DNA of 63,473 nt, the filler included, from Octopus bimaculoides (lineage: Eukaryota), in NCBI RefSeq assembly GCF_001194135.2. It is 8 parts of 7 records of this genome, joined end to end, with 100 filler letters (N's around TTAATTAATTAA, not from the genome) between each part and the next. Parts side by side here need not be neighbours in the genome. Positions count along the whole stretch, not along the records: positions 49,387 to 50,794 come from NW_026369128.1; positions 50,895 to 59,638 come from NC_068988.1; positions 59,739 to 60,818 come from NC_068998.1; positions 60,919 to 63,473 come from NW_026435809.1; 4 more parts are not named here. The stretch is one strand, 5' to 3'. How positions within the stretch are numbered: position 1 is the first letter of the stretch; the number at the start of each line of letters is the position of its first letter. Under the pieces are notes generated by a model, which did no database searches, was not told the DNA's origin, and saw only the letters and a list, made by a program, of their open reading frames with translations. This document shows positions 50,006 through 62,719 of the stretch, in pieces. The translations under genes and the position numbers were made by a program.

Positions 50006-50894
50006 AGTAAAAAACGAACTTAGAAGTGCCAAGTGAACTGGTATCCTACAGAAAATAAAGGAATTCTTGGACATAAGATGGCTGATTTTCTAAGCAGTTT
50101 ACACAGCTACCCTGAATTTGAAAAGCACTTTTATTTTCTGCAGAATGTATGTGTGTGTGTATAGATAGATAGATAGATAGATGTACATACACACACAACT
50201 TTCCCAACTACATGTGTCCAGGTTCAGTCCCACTGTGTGGTAACTTTAACAAGTGCCTTTTATTATAGCTCTGGGTTAACCAAAGTTTAATGAATGGATT
50301 TGATATCCTTTATTTCTAATCTTCTATGTAAACATGTTCTGGTATGGGGAAATATTATTTGGAAACAGATGAGGATGAGTGACAGAAAGAGCATCCAGTT
50401 GTAGAAAATCTGCCTCATCTAACCCCGTATGACGCATGCAGTAGTTGTAAAAGTGGACGCTAAAATGATGATAACAATAATAAAAAAAAGTCAAAGATTA
50501 AGAAAATGAAGTGTGATGTTTGTATGCAAGAGTGGGAATTACTGAAGAATAATTGACACCAATAGAGCGAAATGATCTGTGATGAAACCTAGCACTTCAA
50601 CATAGTGGATACCAGTCATCTCAACAATGAATTCAAGGATAGAAAGCAGCATGAAGCAACCAACAGAAATCTTCCTAGAAGCAATAAATGCCAAGTTTTT
50701 AACTAGATAACCACAAATAAATCCATAGCAGGTAAATCTATTGGATCTTTATCCTCAGAGAATGTTGTGTGTAAGCTTATATATATATATATATNNNNNN
50801 NNNNNNNNNNNNNNNNNNNNNNNNNNNNNNNNNNNNNNTTAATTAATTAANNNNNNNNNNNNNNNNNNNNNNNNNNNNNNNNNNNNNNNNNNNN

Positions 50895-51120
50895 GGTGGC
50901 GAACCCTGCTGTACTCTTTCACCACAACTTTCTCTCACTCTTACTTCCTATTTCTGTTGTGCCTGGAATTCAAAGGGTCAGCCTTGTCACACTGTGTCAC
51001 GCTGAAGGTGTACACGTGTCTGTGGAGTGCTCAGTCACTTGCACGTTAATTTCACGAGCAGGCTGTTCCGTTGATCGGATCAACTGGAACCCTCGATGTC
51101 ATAAGCGACGGAGTGCCAAC
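50895..51120 (+). mobile_element. SINE-D 3' part; head lost in the gap
   Basis: Near-exact reverse complement of ~8150-8375. Confidence 0.9.
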
Positions 51121-51871
51121 ATGTATGTATGTATGTATGCATGTATGTAAGTCAGTGGATCAGCGGGATCGTTAGAGCATTTTTCCGGTTCGTTACGTTA
51201 CAAGTTTGAATCTCTCGAGGTCTGCTTTACTTTTCATTTTTCTGAGGTTGATAAAATACCAGTCAAGAACTGATATCGTTGCCATTTATTTACCATCAGT
51301 GCCAGTATGCACTACGCTACTATGGCATAATAGTGTCAAAATTTGAAGATGTGTAAAACAAGGCAAAATGAGAATGAAACTTGTAGTGCTTAAATTTGCA
51401 GGCCTGTAAAAAGTTAATAAAAGATACGTGTCACTGTCTGGCGTCGATTCCAAGGACCATGAAAGTATAAGGACTTATATTGTTAAAAGCGTAGGAGATA
51501 GTTTTCCTTCGCAAAAAATTTGAATGATTTCCTATAAAATGAAATTTTAAGAAACGAGTGTTTTCTTAGAAATAGAAGTTATCAAGAAACGAAAGTATTT
51601 AATGGTAACAGTAAAATTGATAATGGGCAAGAAATTGTCGGTTAGATAGCTCTAACGCAACGAAGTATGTTGAATCAGTGTGGTGTTCTGCAATAAATGA
51701 ATAAATGAGACATTGGCAAAAAGAAAAAAATAAGCATTCCAGAAGTATCAAAAAAATGACTTAACAAGTAAATGGAACACTACTTTTGCTGTTTATCTGC
51801 TGCATAAAAGTAAAAGCGTTCTCCAAGAAAATGAATGTGTTAAACAACGAAAGTATTCAATCTCATATATA

Positions 51872-53142
51872 CAGGATGTCCCAGAAAGAGAGTGACCCAT
51901 GTTTAAAACTCTTTCTAAAGACTATCAGTTCGGGTAATATAATCTACATTTTACATAAAGATTTGCATGTGTCTATTGTTTCGTTCGTCTATAACAGGTT
52001 TGTAAACATACATGGTGTCGAAAACAAAAAGAGACCAGATTGTCACTTTAAAAACAGCTGGAGTGAACAACAAGGACATAACAAATCAGTTGAATGTGTG
52101 TTGTAAAACAGTGTTCAATACCTGGAAACGAAATATGGAGTCCGTTACTACCTCTAGCTTGCCAATTCCCGGTAGGAAACGATCAATTCGTACCAAACAA
52201 ACTGTTGAAGTTGTGAAGAAGTGAATGAACCGAAATCCCCGTCGGAGTGCATGAAAAACTACAAAAGCTCTTGATGTTTCGCAATCGTCAATGCACAGGA
52301 TTTTTAAAGAGGATTTAAAGCTAACTGCATGCAAGAAACAATCCCGGCAGTTAATTTCAGCAGCTTTCAAGAAGAAACGGCTCGACAGGGGTAAAACCAT
52401 GTTAGCTGAGACGAAGCGTCCCGCTAACAATGTGTTGATCTGGTCCGTTCGACGAGATCTTCACCGTAGAGGTAGTTACCAACAGGCAGAATGACAGGCT
52501 TTATGCACGCAATGCAGGAGACTTGCCCGAAGGAAGCAGGCATCATCTACGCCGTCAGAAGCCAGCTTCACACATGGTATGGGCTGAAGTTGCATCTGAT
52601 GGGTCCAAGTCTCACTTGATCTTTATCAATGCTGGCGTCAAGGTTAACAATGAAGTTTATGTGGAAATGTTGAATGAGAAAGTGTTATCTCGGGTCACAG
52701 AAACCTTTGCTGACTGTTACATCTTCACTCAAGACTGGGTCCCAGCCCACACATCCAATTTGACACAGAGGTGGTGCGAAGAGCATTTCAGTGCTTTTGG
52801 GGACAAGATGATATGGCCTCCCTCAAGTCCAGACATCAATTTTATGAGCTTTGCTATCTGGCCCATCTTAGAGAGTAATGTTTCTACTCGCTCCTGTTCA
52901 AATGTGTCAGATCTGAAGAAAACTCTTCAGTCTTTATGGGTCATGTTAGATGAAGAGGTGGTACGGCGCTCGTGCAACTCAGTGACACTCGCTTGCAGGC
53001 TATAATCAAGGCGGAAGGTGGTCATTACAGCAATGGATTGACAATCTACATAAGAACATGAGTGCCAAATTTTCTTACCTACCTTAAGTTTACTTTGAAT
53101 AATTAAGAAATATCAATGGGTAAATCTTTCTGGGACACCCTG
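51872..53142 (+). mobile_element. Near full-length Tc1/mariner fossil, DD37D (maT-type) spacing
   Basis: 1271 bp; TIRs CAGGATGTCCCAGAAAG / CAGGGTGTCCCAGAAAG; ATG at 52012, HTH, GRKRS, QD-x37-S (third D mutated) in WPPSSPDINFMS; stops and frameshifts. Confidence 0.93.
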
Positions 53143-53317
53143 CATATATGTATATATATATACATACTAAGCCGAAAAGTCTTGTACTTTCTACCCACAA
53201 CGTTATTTAAGTTTTGGTGTAAGCCAGTTAGTCGGTGACCCCCTGACCCCTGTAATTTGTAATTACTCCTGTAGGCACATCTGTAGACAACTCAGTAGTG
53301 ATGCATAAATGTTATCT

Positions 53318-53389
53318 TCGCAGAGCGTAGTTTCGATCTTCGAACATCGGGGCTAGAGACCCAGCACGCTTCTATTGCATCACTCTGCG
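53318..53389 (-). pseudogene. Initiator tRNA-Met-derived pseudogene
   Basis: 72 nt, GCAGAGT..GAAGCGTGCTGGG..GATCGAAAC..CTCTGC; iMet-specific ATCGAAA T-loop; the CAT anticodon position now reads TCT. Confidence 0.85.
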
Positions 53390-54469
53390 CAACGAAAGCT
53401 TAAGCAAATATATAAATGTATTATTTCTTTTATTGTCTATTCTCAGTTACATTCTATTACATCATCCGTTATATGCTATTTACATATTTATATATTTATA
53501 TATGCGTATATATGTTTATGTGTGCGTATTACGTATGTATTGTGTATGTTTATATACGCTTGTGTGTCAATATATGTTTGCGTTAGCGTATGTGTTAGGC
53601 TTAATGTAATGCTCACAACTCGTTAAACTTCCATTGGTTTGCTACTTAAAAATTATTTCTGTAAATGATACGCTTATGTTTTCATAATCCAATGTTTACA
53701 AATATATATATTCGGTGAAATCTGCCTAGAGCTACTGTAAGTGAACTTTAGTACAATCGTCATATCGAGCTGCTAGAACGAAAGCCTTATAAATACCGAC
53801 GTTTAATTCTGTATTGTATCGAAGATGGACTTTGTTACTATGTCACTTGAGTATAATGAAGATGAACATAATTTCAAATGTGTCTTGAATAGGCATCCTA
53901 ATTTTGTTCCCCAAATCAGCTGAAGGTCTTTGAAGACTGATGCTTAGCATCGGTTTCAGGTGTTAAACGACGAGAGATAAATCCCCTCATTGATATTATA
54001 TAGGATAACTATTTATTAATCATTCACAACAAGTTATACAGGAAGGGAAATTTAACAGTGCGGCATATCTGAAATGCGATAAGGCCGATTAAACTGTTCT
54101 ACAGGCATTCGTCAGGAGCCTGCGACTTTCTTGGATGTGGGATTTATGTCAAACAGTTGTTGGCTTATAAACGACGGATCACGTTAACTACAGAAAAGTG
54201 AGGTAGTCAAGACTGAAATATTTTTGTCCAGGTTATTTTATTTTCGATGAACCACTCATTGTTTTCTTGCTGCACTATTTGAAGAGAGTGAGAATGTATA
54301 ACGAAGATGAGTGAATAAAGTAAAGGAAATTAAAAAAAAAAGGATATACGACTTGAAATGAAAATGAACTGGTAAGCGACGATTTATTTTCCGTTGTAAA
54401 ATACAATGATTGTTATACATGGAATAAAATAAAGTAACAGGTTACAACAAAGACTTATGAGAGACTTCT

Positions 54470-54860
54470 TGGTTAGACTGAACTGTTGATCTTGTAGACA
54501 AAGTTGACGTACTGTTTGGTAGTGTGTAGAGGCAGTCGTTGGTCTGTTGGTTGTGTGGTTTTCATGCAGCAACGATATAAGCAGGCGTCTGGTGGAGGTG
54601 AAAGCGGAGACTGGCTGGTGTTAGATACATCGTTGTCAGAGTCGAGTTGCGTGTGGTCAGTGGCGTGTGCCAAAGACCTAGAGCAATCGAGAACTGTCGT
54701 ACATAAGTAGACCAGGAGGCTCCCTTGCTGGTGATTAATTTCCTGCGTAAGGAAAAACGAACTGTTGCGCCAACACGATTGGACGGCTGGAAACCGACCA
54801 ATACAAACAATAAGTTCGGCTAATCATGTGACCTGTTGAAACAAAAAGGCCCGTGGAGCC
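54470..54860. promoter_or_regulatory. CpG-rich unique island with promoter-like motifs
   Basis: ATTGG 54778-54782, CCAAT 54798-54802, TCATGTGAC 54824-54832; a possible minus-strand donor GTACGT lies in the lower part of the island. Confidence 0.3.
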
Positions 54861-56124
54861 GATATCCAGGTATTTAAGCCTAAACAACTCATGACGAAAA
54901 CATCTCACACATAATGATAGTGTAAATCACTTCCGCTACAGACAGAAACAGAAGTCCTGATCTCCAATAAATTTCATCTCTGGGTATTGTTGTTGTTGCT
55001 GTAGTTGTGGAGCTCTAGATTAGCTCTTATGAAGCACATCTATGATATGGAGAAGTGTTATTCCAGAAATACTATGGCTTTGCCAAGCTAAGCACCGTAT
55101 TGCATAATCTACAACGCAGAAAGCTGACGACCCAACTTATACATTAACCCAGCGAACTTAGTGCAGAGACTGGTTCAATAATAGACGAAGCTTGGGCTGT
55201 TCTCCTGCAGAGAAGGTTCCAGCTTGAAATGTCAGCCTCTGTTTGGTTCCATACTGTATCATCATACACAACTTTTAGTTTTTAGTATTGAATGTTGAAC
55301 TACTAAATATTATTTCTTAGCCAAACTCTACTAACTACTGTATATGATTAATGGAAATAAAATGAAATGTCTTGAAGCGTCTTAAATTCCATCAAGATGT
55401 AAACGTTTAGAAGTTATTTAAATTACATCAATGTGAGAATAATAGCCACAAACCTATTGTTTTGTGCATCTTGCATATTAACAGATCAAGTGATCTCTAT
55501 CCTTTCTCCAATAACCAACTGAAAGATCTTATGTTAGCATTGCAAACTAACGAAACGTTTGTCAGGGAGACGAACAACTAGAAGCAATGCACTGGAAGTA
55601 CAGTGGACTAATTATCCTATTTTACTACATTAAGTCTTCTATTATAATTTCATTCATAAATCGAATGCTTAATAGATTATTAAATCGATTTAGTACCTAA
55701 GTGACACCTTACCGAAGTGGGGAAAGACAAAGCTGGAATTTGAATTCAGAATAAAAAAAGTGATAACTATATATCGCAAAGCAGTCTGTGCTACGATCTA
55801 ATGATTCTGACAGTCTTCCTATATTTCTTACTGCGTCGTACCCAGTTAAAATTCAATTAGCTTTGATATTGCATTTCATTTCTTCAAGGTCAATGAAACA
55901 AGCCTCATTCATTCGACTTTGTGTGTCTCTGGCAAAAATTGTGCTTATAATTTATCAGGTGCATATTTACAACCCCGTGTCCTGAACCATGAAAAGCAAG
56001 AATGCCATTGCCAGGAACACAACTTCATGTGAATCACAAGATATGAACTGATAATTCTTTGATCCGACAGAATAAGCTTAAACCTCCCGATTATGTGCTA
56101 CTCTCTTGTAAAGTTAAATGCTTT

Positions 56125-56272
56125 ATACATCATAAGAGTTTGCTTTCCAATCACATAGATTCGGGTTCAGTTCCACTGCGTAGCATCTTCGGCAAGTGTC
56201 TTCAACTATATCTTCGGGCCAATTAAAGCCTTGTGAGTGGATTTAGCAAATGGAAACTAAAAGAAGCCCGTC

Positions 56273-56304
<32 letters not shown>

Positions 56305-56315
56305 CCACATACATG

Positions 56316-56348
<33 letters not shown>

Positions 56349-56378
56349 GTACATACATACATGCATACATACATACAT

Positions 56379-56418
<40 letters not shown>

Positions 56419-56605
56419 CGGGCTTATAATATATGTATGTGTGTGCATGTATGTTTGTATGTATGTGCGTGTGTGTGTGCATATGTATGTCCTCTTGCGT
56501 ATGTGCTTCTCTTCCTCCACTGCTTGACAATGAGTGTTGGTTTGTTTACGTCCCCGCAACTTGGAGGTTCGACGAAAGGCACTGACAGAATAAGTACCAG
56601 GCTTA
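56125..56605 (+). mobile_element. Nearly full-length SINE-B with an expanded internal microsatellite
   Basis: Head and CORE-like motif to 56272, ~230 bp of (TA)/(TACA)/(TG), tail TGCTTGACAA..TTTACGTCCCCG..ATAAGTACCAGGCTTAC. Confidence 0.85.
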
Positions 56606-56700
56606 CAGATGTGTATACGTATGTATGAATGCACACATACCGGCAGACAGACAGACAGGTAGATAGACAGACAGGTATCTATCGATAGACGGACAAACAT

Positions 56701-56766
<66 letters not shown>

Positions 56767-58350
56767 GCAAAAGGGACAGGATAGAGACGATCTATTCAAC
56801 CCCAGTATATTACTGGCGACTAATTAATGGAATCTGTTTGGAAGGGTGTTGGTTCTAAAGTCATCACAGACAGAATTTGCATTAAAACACGAAAGATATC
56901 AGTTTTTAAGTAAATAGTAGGGAGCTCTATCACGTACCATTAGTATTTTTAGGAGAAGGAGATGTACAATTCAAATTTAAGCTGGGAGTTAGACAAATAA
57001 TGATTTCTTTGAAATTAGACGCTAGACCACAGTTTTACTGGCGAGAGGGTTAGGGTTATGGCAGATTAAAATGACAGTGAATGGCTGTTTCGTATTTACA
57101 CTCCTATCTTCTACGGTGTTTAACACTTACAAAGGAACTATTCAAAATCGGTTTTGCAACGAATAAAATCCTTTTAGCAGACACCCAACAAACCGAAAAC
57201 CAAACATCAATGCACGATATAATTATATTCAATTGTTGTTTTGTATTTTATAATTTCTCATCACTTTCAGGCATCAAACCATGTTGTGAACAGGTAGTGT
57301 CTTGAGACTCTTCCTATTTACCGCAGAATACCGACAAGCAGGGTCGGTTTTAAGCCAGTTAGACAGACTTGTTCGAATTGAACCCCGCACCAAGAGAGGG
57401 CCTCGCGCACACGTCCGAGCAGAAGACGTTGTGATGAATTGTTAGTATATCATTGTGGCTAATGGTGGAGCCTCAAGCCCTCAACGCTTTTTTGGCTGGG
57501 ACTGCAGTTCTACGTGAAACATAAAACATCAATCTTCAGCTTTTGTAGAGTAAAGGGCCCCACTGACAATTCTCCGGCTGGACCTCGCGCTTCCTATCGT
57601 TTGCTCTGGCCACAAGGCATTTTAGCAGAAATTCCTTAAAGTTCTTTGATTTAGGATTTCTGGTTTTAATCTATATACAAAGCGTCTTTCAAGCAGTCGC
57701 CTTTCACTTTTTCCCATAAAACTGATTTTGAGAGACAATCATACTCTCATGATTTTATAGAAGTATCAACGTCAGGTAATTTAATCGTATAATTTAATTT
57801 AATAATGTTGTACTGTTGACGTCAATCAGGCAAGGGTAACCTTTTTCTGTGAAGCGGGCCTCATGATATGCGATTCATAATTAGGTGGGCCACATAACTA
57901 AAATTATTCAAGTAATTTTTTGTTTAGGTGTGCCATTCAAAATGTCCTGTAGGTAGTAAATTGCCCGCGAATGACCTGAGTGGAAAACTTTATGATTCCT
58001 GTTGTAAACTGACGGATATCTTGATATTTTTTCTTTTTCCTTTTCAACGTATGTCGACACTTTTTCACCGACAACCTAAGTACAATTGATACAATATGTC
58101 TAATATGTCTACAGTTTTTCAAACCACGACATCACGAAAATCCACTTGAAGTAGGAGATAATAACATAAAAAGAAAGAAAACAAAAAGAAAAAAAAAGAT
58201 TGAAAGAAAATAAATTATTAGTCTTGATAAGTAGATTAAGAGTTATTTTGTTAAGGCCGTCGTGTGTATATGGGAGTGTTTGGCTAAATACCCCAATGAA
58301 ATAAAAAAATATAATAACAAAAAACACCCCCACTATACTCAGACAGCAAG

Positions 58351-58477
58351 CATTTGTGTTAGAGACAGCTGCTTTGTTCTGGCACGTGCCAGATGGTTTC
58401 CTTTTAACAGCAGTCGAGGGAAAAGGAGATCTGGATGTCGCCTAACCTCCATCGCATGGAACATTGTTAATCACGTG
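58351..58477. promoter_or_regulatory. E-box cluster with a 16-bp palindrome; candidate enhancer
   Basis: CATTTG 58351, CAGCTG 58366, CACGTG 58383, CAGATG 58390, CACGTG 58472; TCTGGCACGTGCCAGA at 58378-58393. Confidence 0.35.
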
Positions 58478-58528
58478 AAAATATTTATGTTTCGACCAGT
58501 TCTTCCTTGGAAATTATCAAAATAAAAA

Positions 58529-58630
58529 CATAAGCCTAGTTTGGTCATAAGCCTAGTTTGGTCATAAGCCTAATTTGGTCATAAGCCTAATTTGGTCATA
58601 AGCCTAGTTTGGTTATAAGCTTAGTTTGGT
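58529..58630. repeat. 17-bp minisatellite x6
   Basis: CATAAGCCTA(G/A)TTTGGT, no spacers. Confidence 0.97.
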
Positions 58631-58860
58631 TATAATTGTCTTATGTATACATGTATGTATGTGTGTGTATGCAAGTCAAGTGTGTACGTAGGCATGTGTG
58701 TATACATATATACATGTGTGCATGCATGTAAGTGTGCTTTTATGCATATGTGTATGTATGCAATGTATAAATGCATGTATGTATGTTTCTCCTCTCCATC
58801 TCCCCCCTCTCTCTCTCTCACTATAGGTGTATGTGTGTGCATGTGTGCGTGCATGTGTGA

Positions 58861-58894
<34 letters not shown>

Positions 58895-59473
58895 NNNNNN
58901 NNNNGTATACATGTATGTATGTGTGTGTATGCAAGTCAAGTGTGTACGTAGGCATGTGTGTATACATATATACATGTGTGCATGCATGTATGTGTATGCA
59001 TGAAGTTTATGTTGAAAAAATTTTAACTTCTAGAATTATATACTTATGCCTGACTGGATAAGGTTACGCACGCAAGCACCTGTGTGTGTGTGGGGGGGGG
59101 GAGTGTATGTGTGCGTGCCTCCATGCTTTTTAACGTGACATTCTATTCAACGTTGCACATAAATACCTTACATACATACATACATATATATGTACACACA
59201 TGTGTGAGAGTATGTGTGTATGTGTATAGAATCACCTGCCAGGTTGTATGGAAAAGCTGTCAGTCTAGCATAGCTGTTTGTATATTGTCAGGTTGCGGTG
59301 TGATTTACCGTCCTAAAATACCACACACACACACGCACACACACACACACACACACGCACACACACCCACGCCTGGTATTTATACATATACATGTTTGTG
59401 TGTTATTTCTCCCCCTTCTCTCTCTCTCTCTCTCTCTCTCTCTACCGCCCTCCAGCCCTCTCGCCTCTCTCTC

Positions 59474-59520
<47 letters not shown>

Positions 59521-59881
59521 GTCTCTATTTATACACACACACATATATATATGTATTCTCTTTTCTCTTTTACTTGTTTCAGTCATTTGACTGCGGCTAT
59601 GCTGGAGCACCACCTTTAGTCGAACAAATTGACCCCAGNNNNNNNNNNNNNNNNNNNNNNNNNNNNNNNNNNNNNNNNNNNNTTAATTAATTAANNNNNN
59701 NNNNNNNNNNNNNNNNNNNNNNNNNNNNNNNNNNNNNNTATCAGCTGGCGTGGTCTGGTCTGAGATCAATCCCTATCGGAACTACCGTTGTTTGCCGAAT
59801 TCTTTTTTTATTTTTTCCCCTTTTTGCTGTTTTTGTCAATTTTCTCATTCCTCTGCACTCTGCTCTTCCTTTTCTTCTTCA

Positions 59882-59995
59882 TCCCCTGCTCCTCTTCTCG
59901 TCTCCTGTTCCTCTTCCCGTCCCCTGCTCCTCTTCTCGTCTCCTGCTCCTCTTCCCGTCCCCTGCTCCTCTTCTCGTCTCCTGCGCCTTCTCTGC
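59882..59995. repeat. 19-bp pyrimidine-rich repeat with 38-bp dimeric higher order
   Basis: TCCCCTGCTCCTCTTCTCG alternating with TCTCCTG(T/C)TCCTCTTCCCG, about 6 monomers. Confidence 0.9.
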
Positions 59996-60107
59996 GCCTC
60001 GTCTTTCTATTCTTCTAATCCTCCTACTTATATTATCGTATTGCATCCTTGTACTTCCCTCCATCCACATGTTCAGCACTTGTAGCCCACAATACATATG
60101 CTAGCAA

Positions 60108-60325
60108 TGGATGAGCTGGCAGACTCGTTAGCACGCCGGGGAAAATGCTTAGCAGTATTTCATCTGCCGCTATGTTCTGAGTTCAAATTCTGCTGAGGTC
60201 GACTTTGCCTTTCATCCTTTCAGGGTCGATAAATTACGTACCAGTAAAACAGTGGGGTCGATGTAATCGACTAGTCCCCTCCTACCAAACTCCAGACCTT
60301 GTGCCTTCAACATAAAGGATTATTA
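60108..60325 (+). mobile_element. SINE-A copy, tail type 2
   Basis: GAGCTGGCAGACTCGTTAGC head, GAGTTCAAATTC, GCCTTTCATCCTTTCAGGGTCGATAAATT, tail AAAGGATTATT. Confidence 0.88.
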
Positions 60326-60786
60326 TACATGTGTTATACATGCTGGTGCCATGCATAAAGCATCCGGCACATTCTGTAAAGTGGTTGACATTAAGAAGCG
60401 CATCCAGCTGTAGAAACAGTCCCAAGACAGACAGTTGTTGCATGGTGCAGCTCTCCAACTCCTGTCAGACCATCCAACCCTTGCCAGTGCAGAAGACGGA
60501 TGTTAAATGATGATGATGATGCATTCATGGATAGTAATATCATATTACCGGAATATCTACTTCTGAATTAAAGCTGTCTTTGTTTTCTTTTTTGTGATTT
60601 TTCTCTCTCTCTTTTTTTTTTTTTTTACTGTTCTTCTACAGTTGGACATATTCCAATAAATGTTCAGATTCTTTATTATCTGATAATGCACGATTTTCTG
60701 TTGGTGTTTCTATATCTTCATTTAGCTTTTCCTTTCTTTCATTCACCAAATCTGCAACATACCTGTGTGAATGCACCAGCTTGTAT

Positions 60787-60818
<32 letters not shown>

Positions 60819-60918
60819 NNNNNNNNNNNNNNNNNNNNNNNNNNNNNNNNNNNNNNNNNNNNTTAATTAATTAANNNNNNNNNNNNNNNNNNNNNNNNNN
60901 NNNNNNNNNNNNNNNNNN

Positions 60919-61128
60919 ATTCAGACAAATACATAACAAAAACACCAGGACTTACAAATATATATAACATACAGAAAATTGCACTACTGGGTACTGCACA
61001 CATTCTACGCAAAACACTTTCAATACAGTAAACATAAGAGCACCACAGCAAACCACAGCACATACCCAAGGCGCACAGAGCTGCGCTCGGTAGTGAAGTG
61101 AAAGCACGTTATAAAAATAAAACTACTG
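60919..61128 (+). mobile_element. Dong/R4-like LINE 3' end followed by (TAA)n
   Basis: SDKYITKTPGLTNIYNIQKIALLGTAHILRKTLSIQ* (60921-61031), ~95-nt 3' UTR, then TAA repeats. Confidence 0.8.
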
Positions 61129-61148
61129 AATAATAATAATAATAATAA

Positions 61149-61532
61149 TCCTTTCTACTATAGGTTGAAGACCTGAAATTTGGGGAAAGAGACTAGTTGA
61201 TCACACTGAACCCAGTGTTTCACTGGTACTTAATTTATTGATCCCAAAAGAATGAAAGGCAAAGTCAACATCAGCAGAATTTAGACTCAAAATATGAAAT
61301 CGAACAAAATGCTGCTAATAATGATAATAACGGTTTCAAATTGGCACAAAGCCAGCAAGTTTGGGGGAGGGGGCCAAGGTGATTACAATTTGTCCTGATT
61401 TCATCAACCCTGAAAGGATGAAAGACAAAGTTGACTTCAGCAGAATTTGAACTCAGAAGGAATGTGAACATGGACAAAATGCTGCTAAGCATTTTGTCTG
61501 GTGTGCTAATGATTCTGCCAGCTTGCCACCTT
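61149..61532 (-). mobile_element. Two head-to-tail SINE-A copies embedded in TAA repeats
   Basis: 61149-61317 and 61331-61532; TAA runs on both sides and between them. Confidence 0.85.
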
Positions 61533-61570
61533 CATAATAATAATAATAATAATAATAATANNNNNNNNNN

Positions 61571-61614
<44 letters not shown>

Positions 61615-61615
<1 letters not shown>

Positions 61616-61697
61616 CTTCAAAACAAACCACAGCACATACCCAATGCACACAAAGCTGCACTCAGTAGCGGAGTGAAAGCACGTGATAAAAATATGA
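61615..61697 (+). mobile_element. 3' UTR-only copy of the Dong-like element, inside (TAA)n
   Basis: AAACCACAGCACATACCCAA..CACA.AGCTGC.CTC.GTAG.G.AGTGAAAGCACGT.ATAAAAAT matches ~61050-61120; TAA on both flanks. Confidence 0.85.
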
Positions 61698-61698
61698 A

Positions 61699-61737
<39 letters not shown>

Positions 61738-62113
61738 CAACAACAAATGATGATAATGATAGAAATGATAAATGATAATGTTGCTAAAAGTAAATTTTCA
61801 TACTGGAAACTGATAAATATTATAAGAAATTATAAAAGTTATCTCATGTGACATCATACCAACTTCTTTACAATGTCATCGTCCCCTATCAAAAGAAAAC
61901 AATTTTTAACAGATATTTCTGGAATAGGAATTAAATTAGAATTCAGGATAGTTAGACGATTTCTTTCAGATTGCATTTTAGTTTTAAAGAGACGTATTAT
62001 AATCGGATAATATTTGACTATTTCTATCAGTTCATTTGTTTATATAAAAACACACATACATACACACACAGGTGTGTAATTGTCTACATATATTTAGACA
62101 TGTATGTATATAT

Positions 62114-62157
<44 letters not shown>

Positions 62158-62477
62158 GCAGGCATATATATATTTGCCTGCTTGTAAATACATATAACTA
62201 TATAGTAATGTAGGTTTATGTGTATATACTTCTATGCATACACAGATAAATATATTTATCTCCACAAGAATTTGTCTAAGATATTTGGAATCTGTGGAAG
62301 CCTTAAATTTAATCTGGTAATCAGTAAGATTAATAAAGGTAGAATTCTGGACATCACAAAATCAAAACTGTTAACAGTTACATCTACACCTTTTCAAATT
62401 TAAAGATATTTTAGAAAATGATATCATCTGAATGAACACATATATACACACATTATATATATATATACATTTATATA

Positions 62478-62638
<161 letters not shown>

Positions 62639-62719
62639 ATTCATATATACATTTATATATTCACATATACGTTTATATATTCATATATACATATATATAT
62701 ATTCATATATACATTTATA

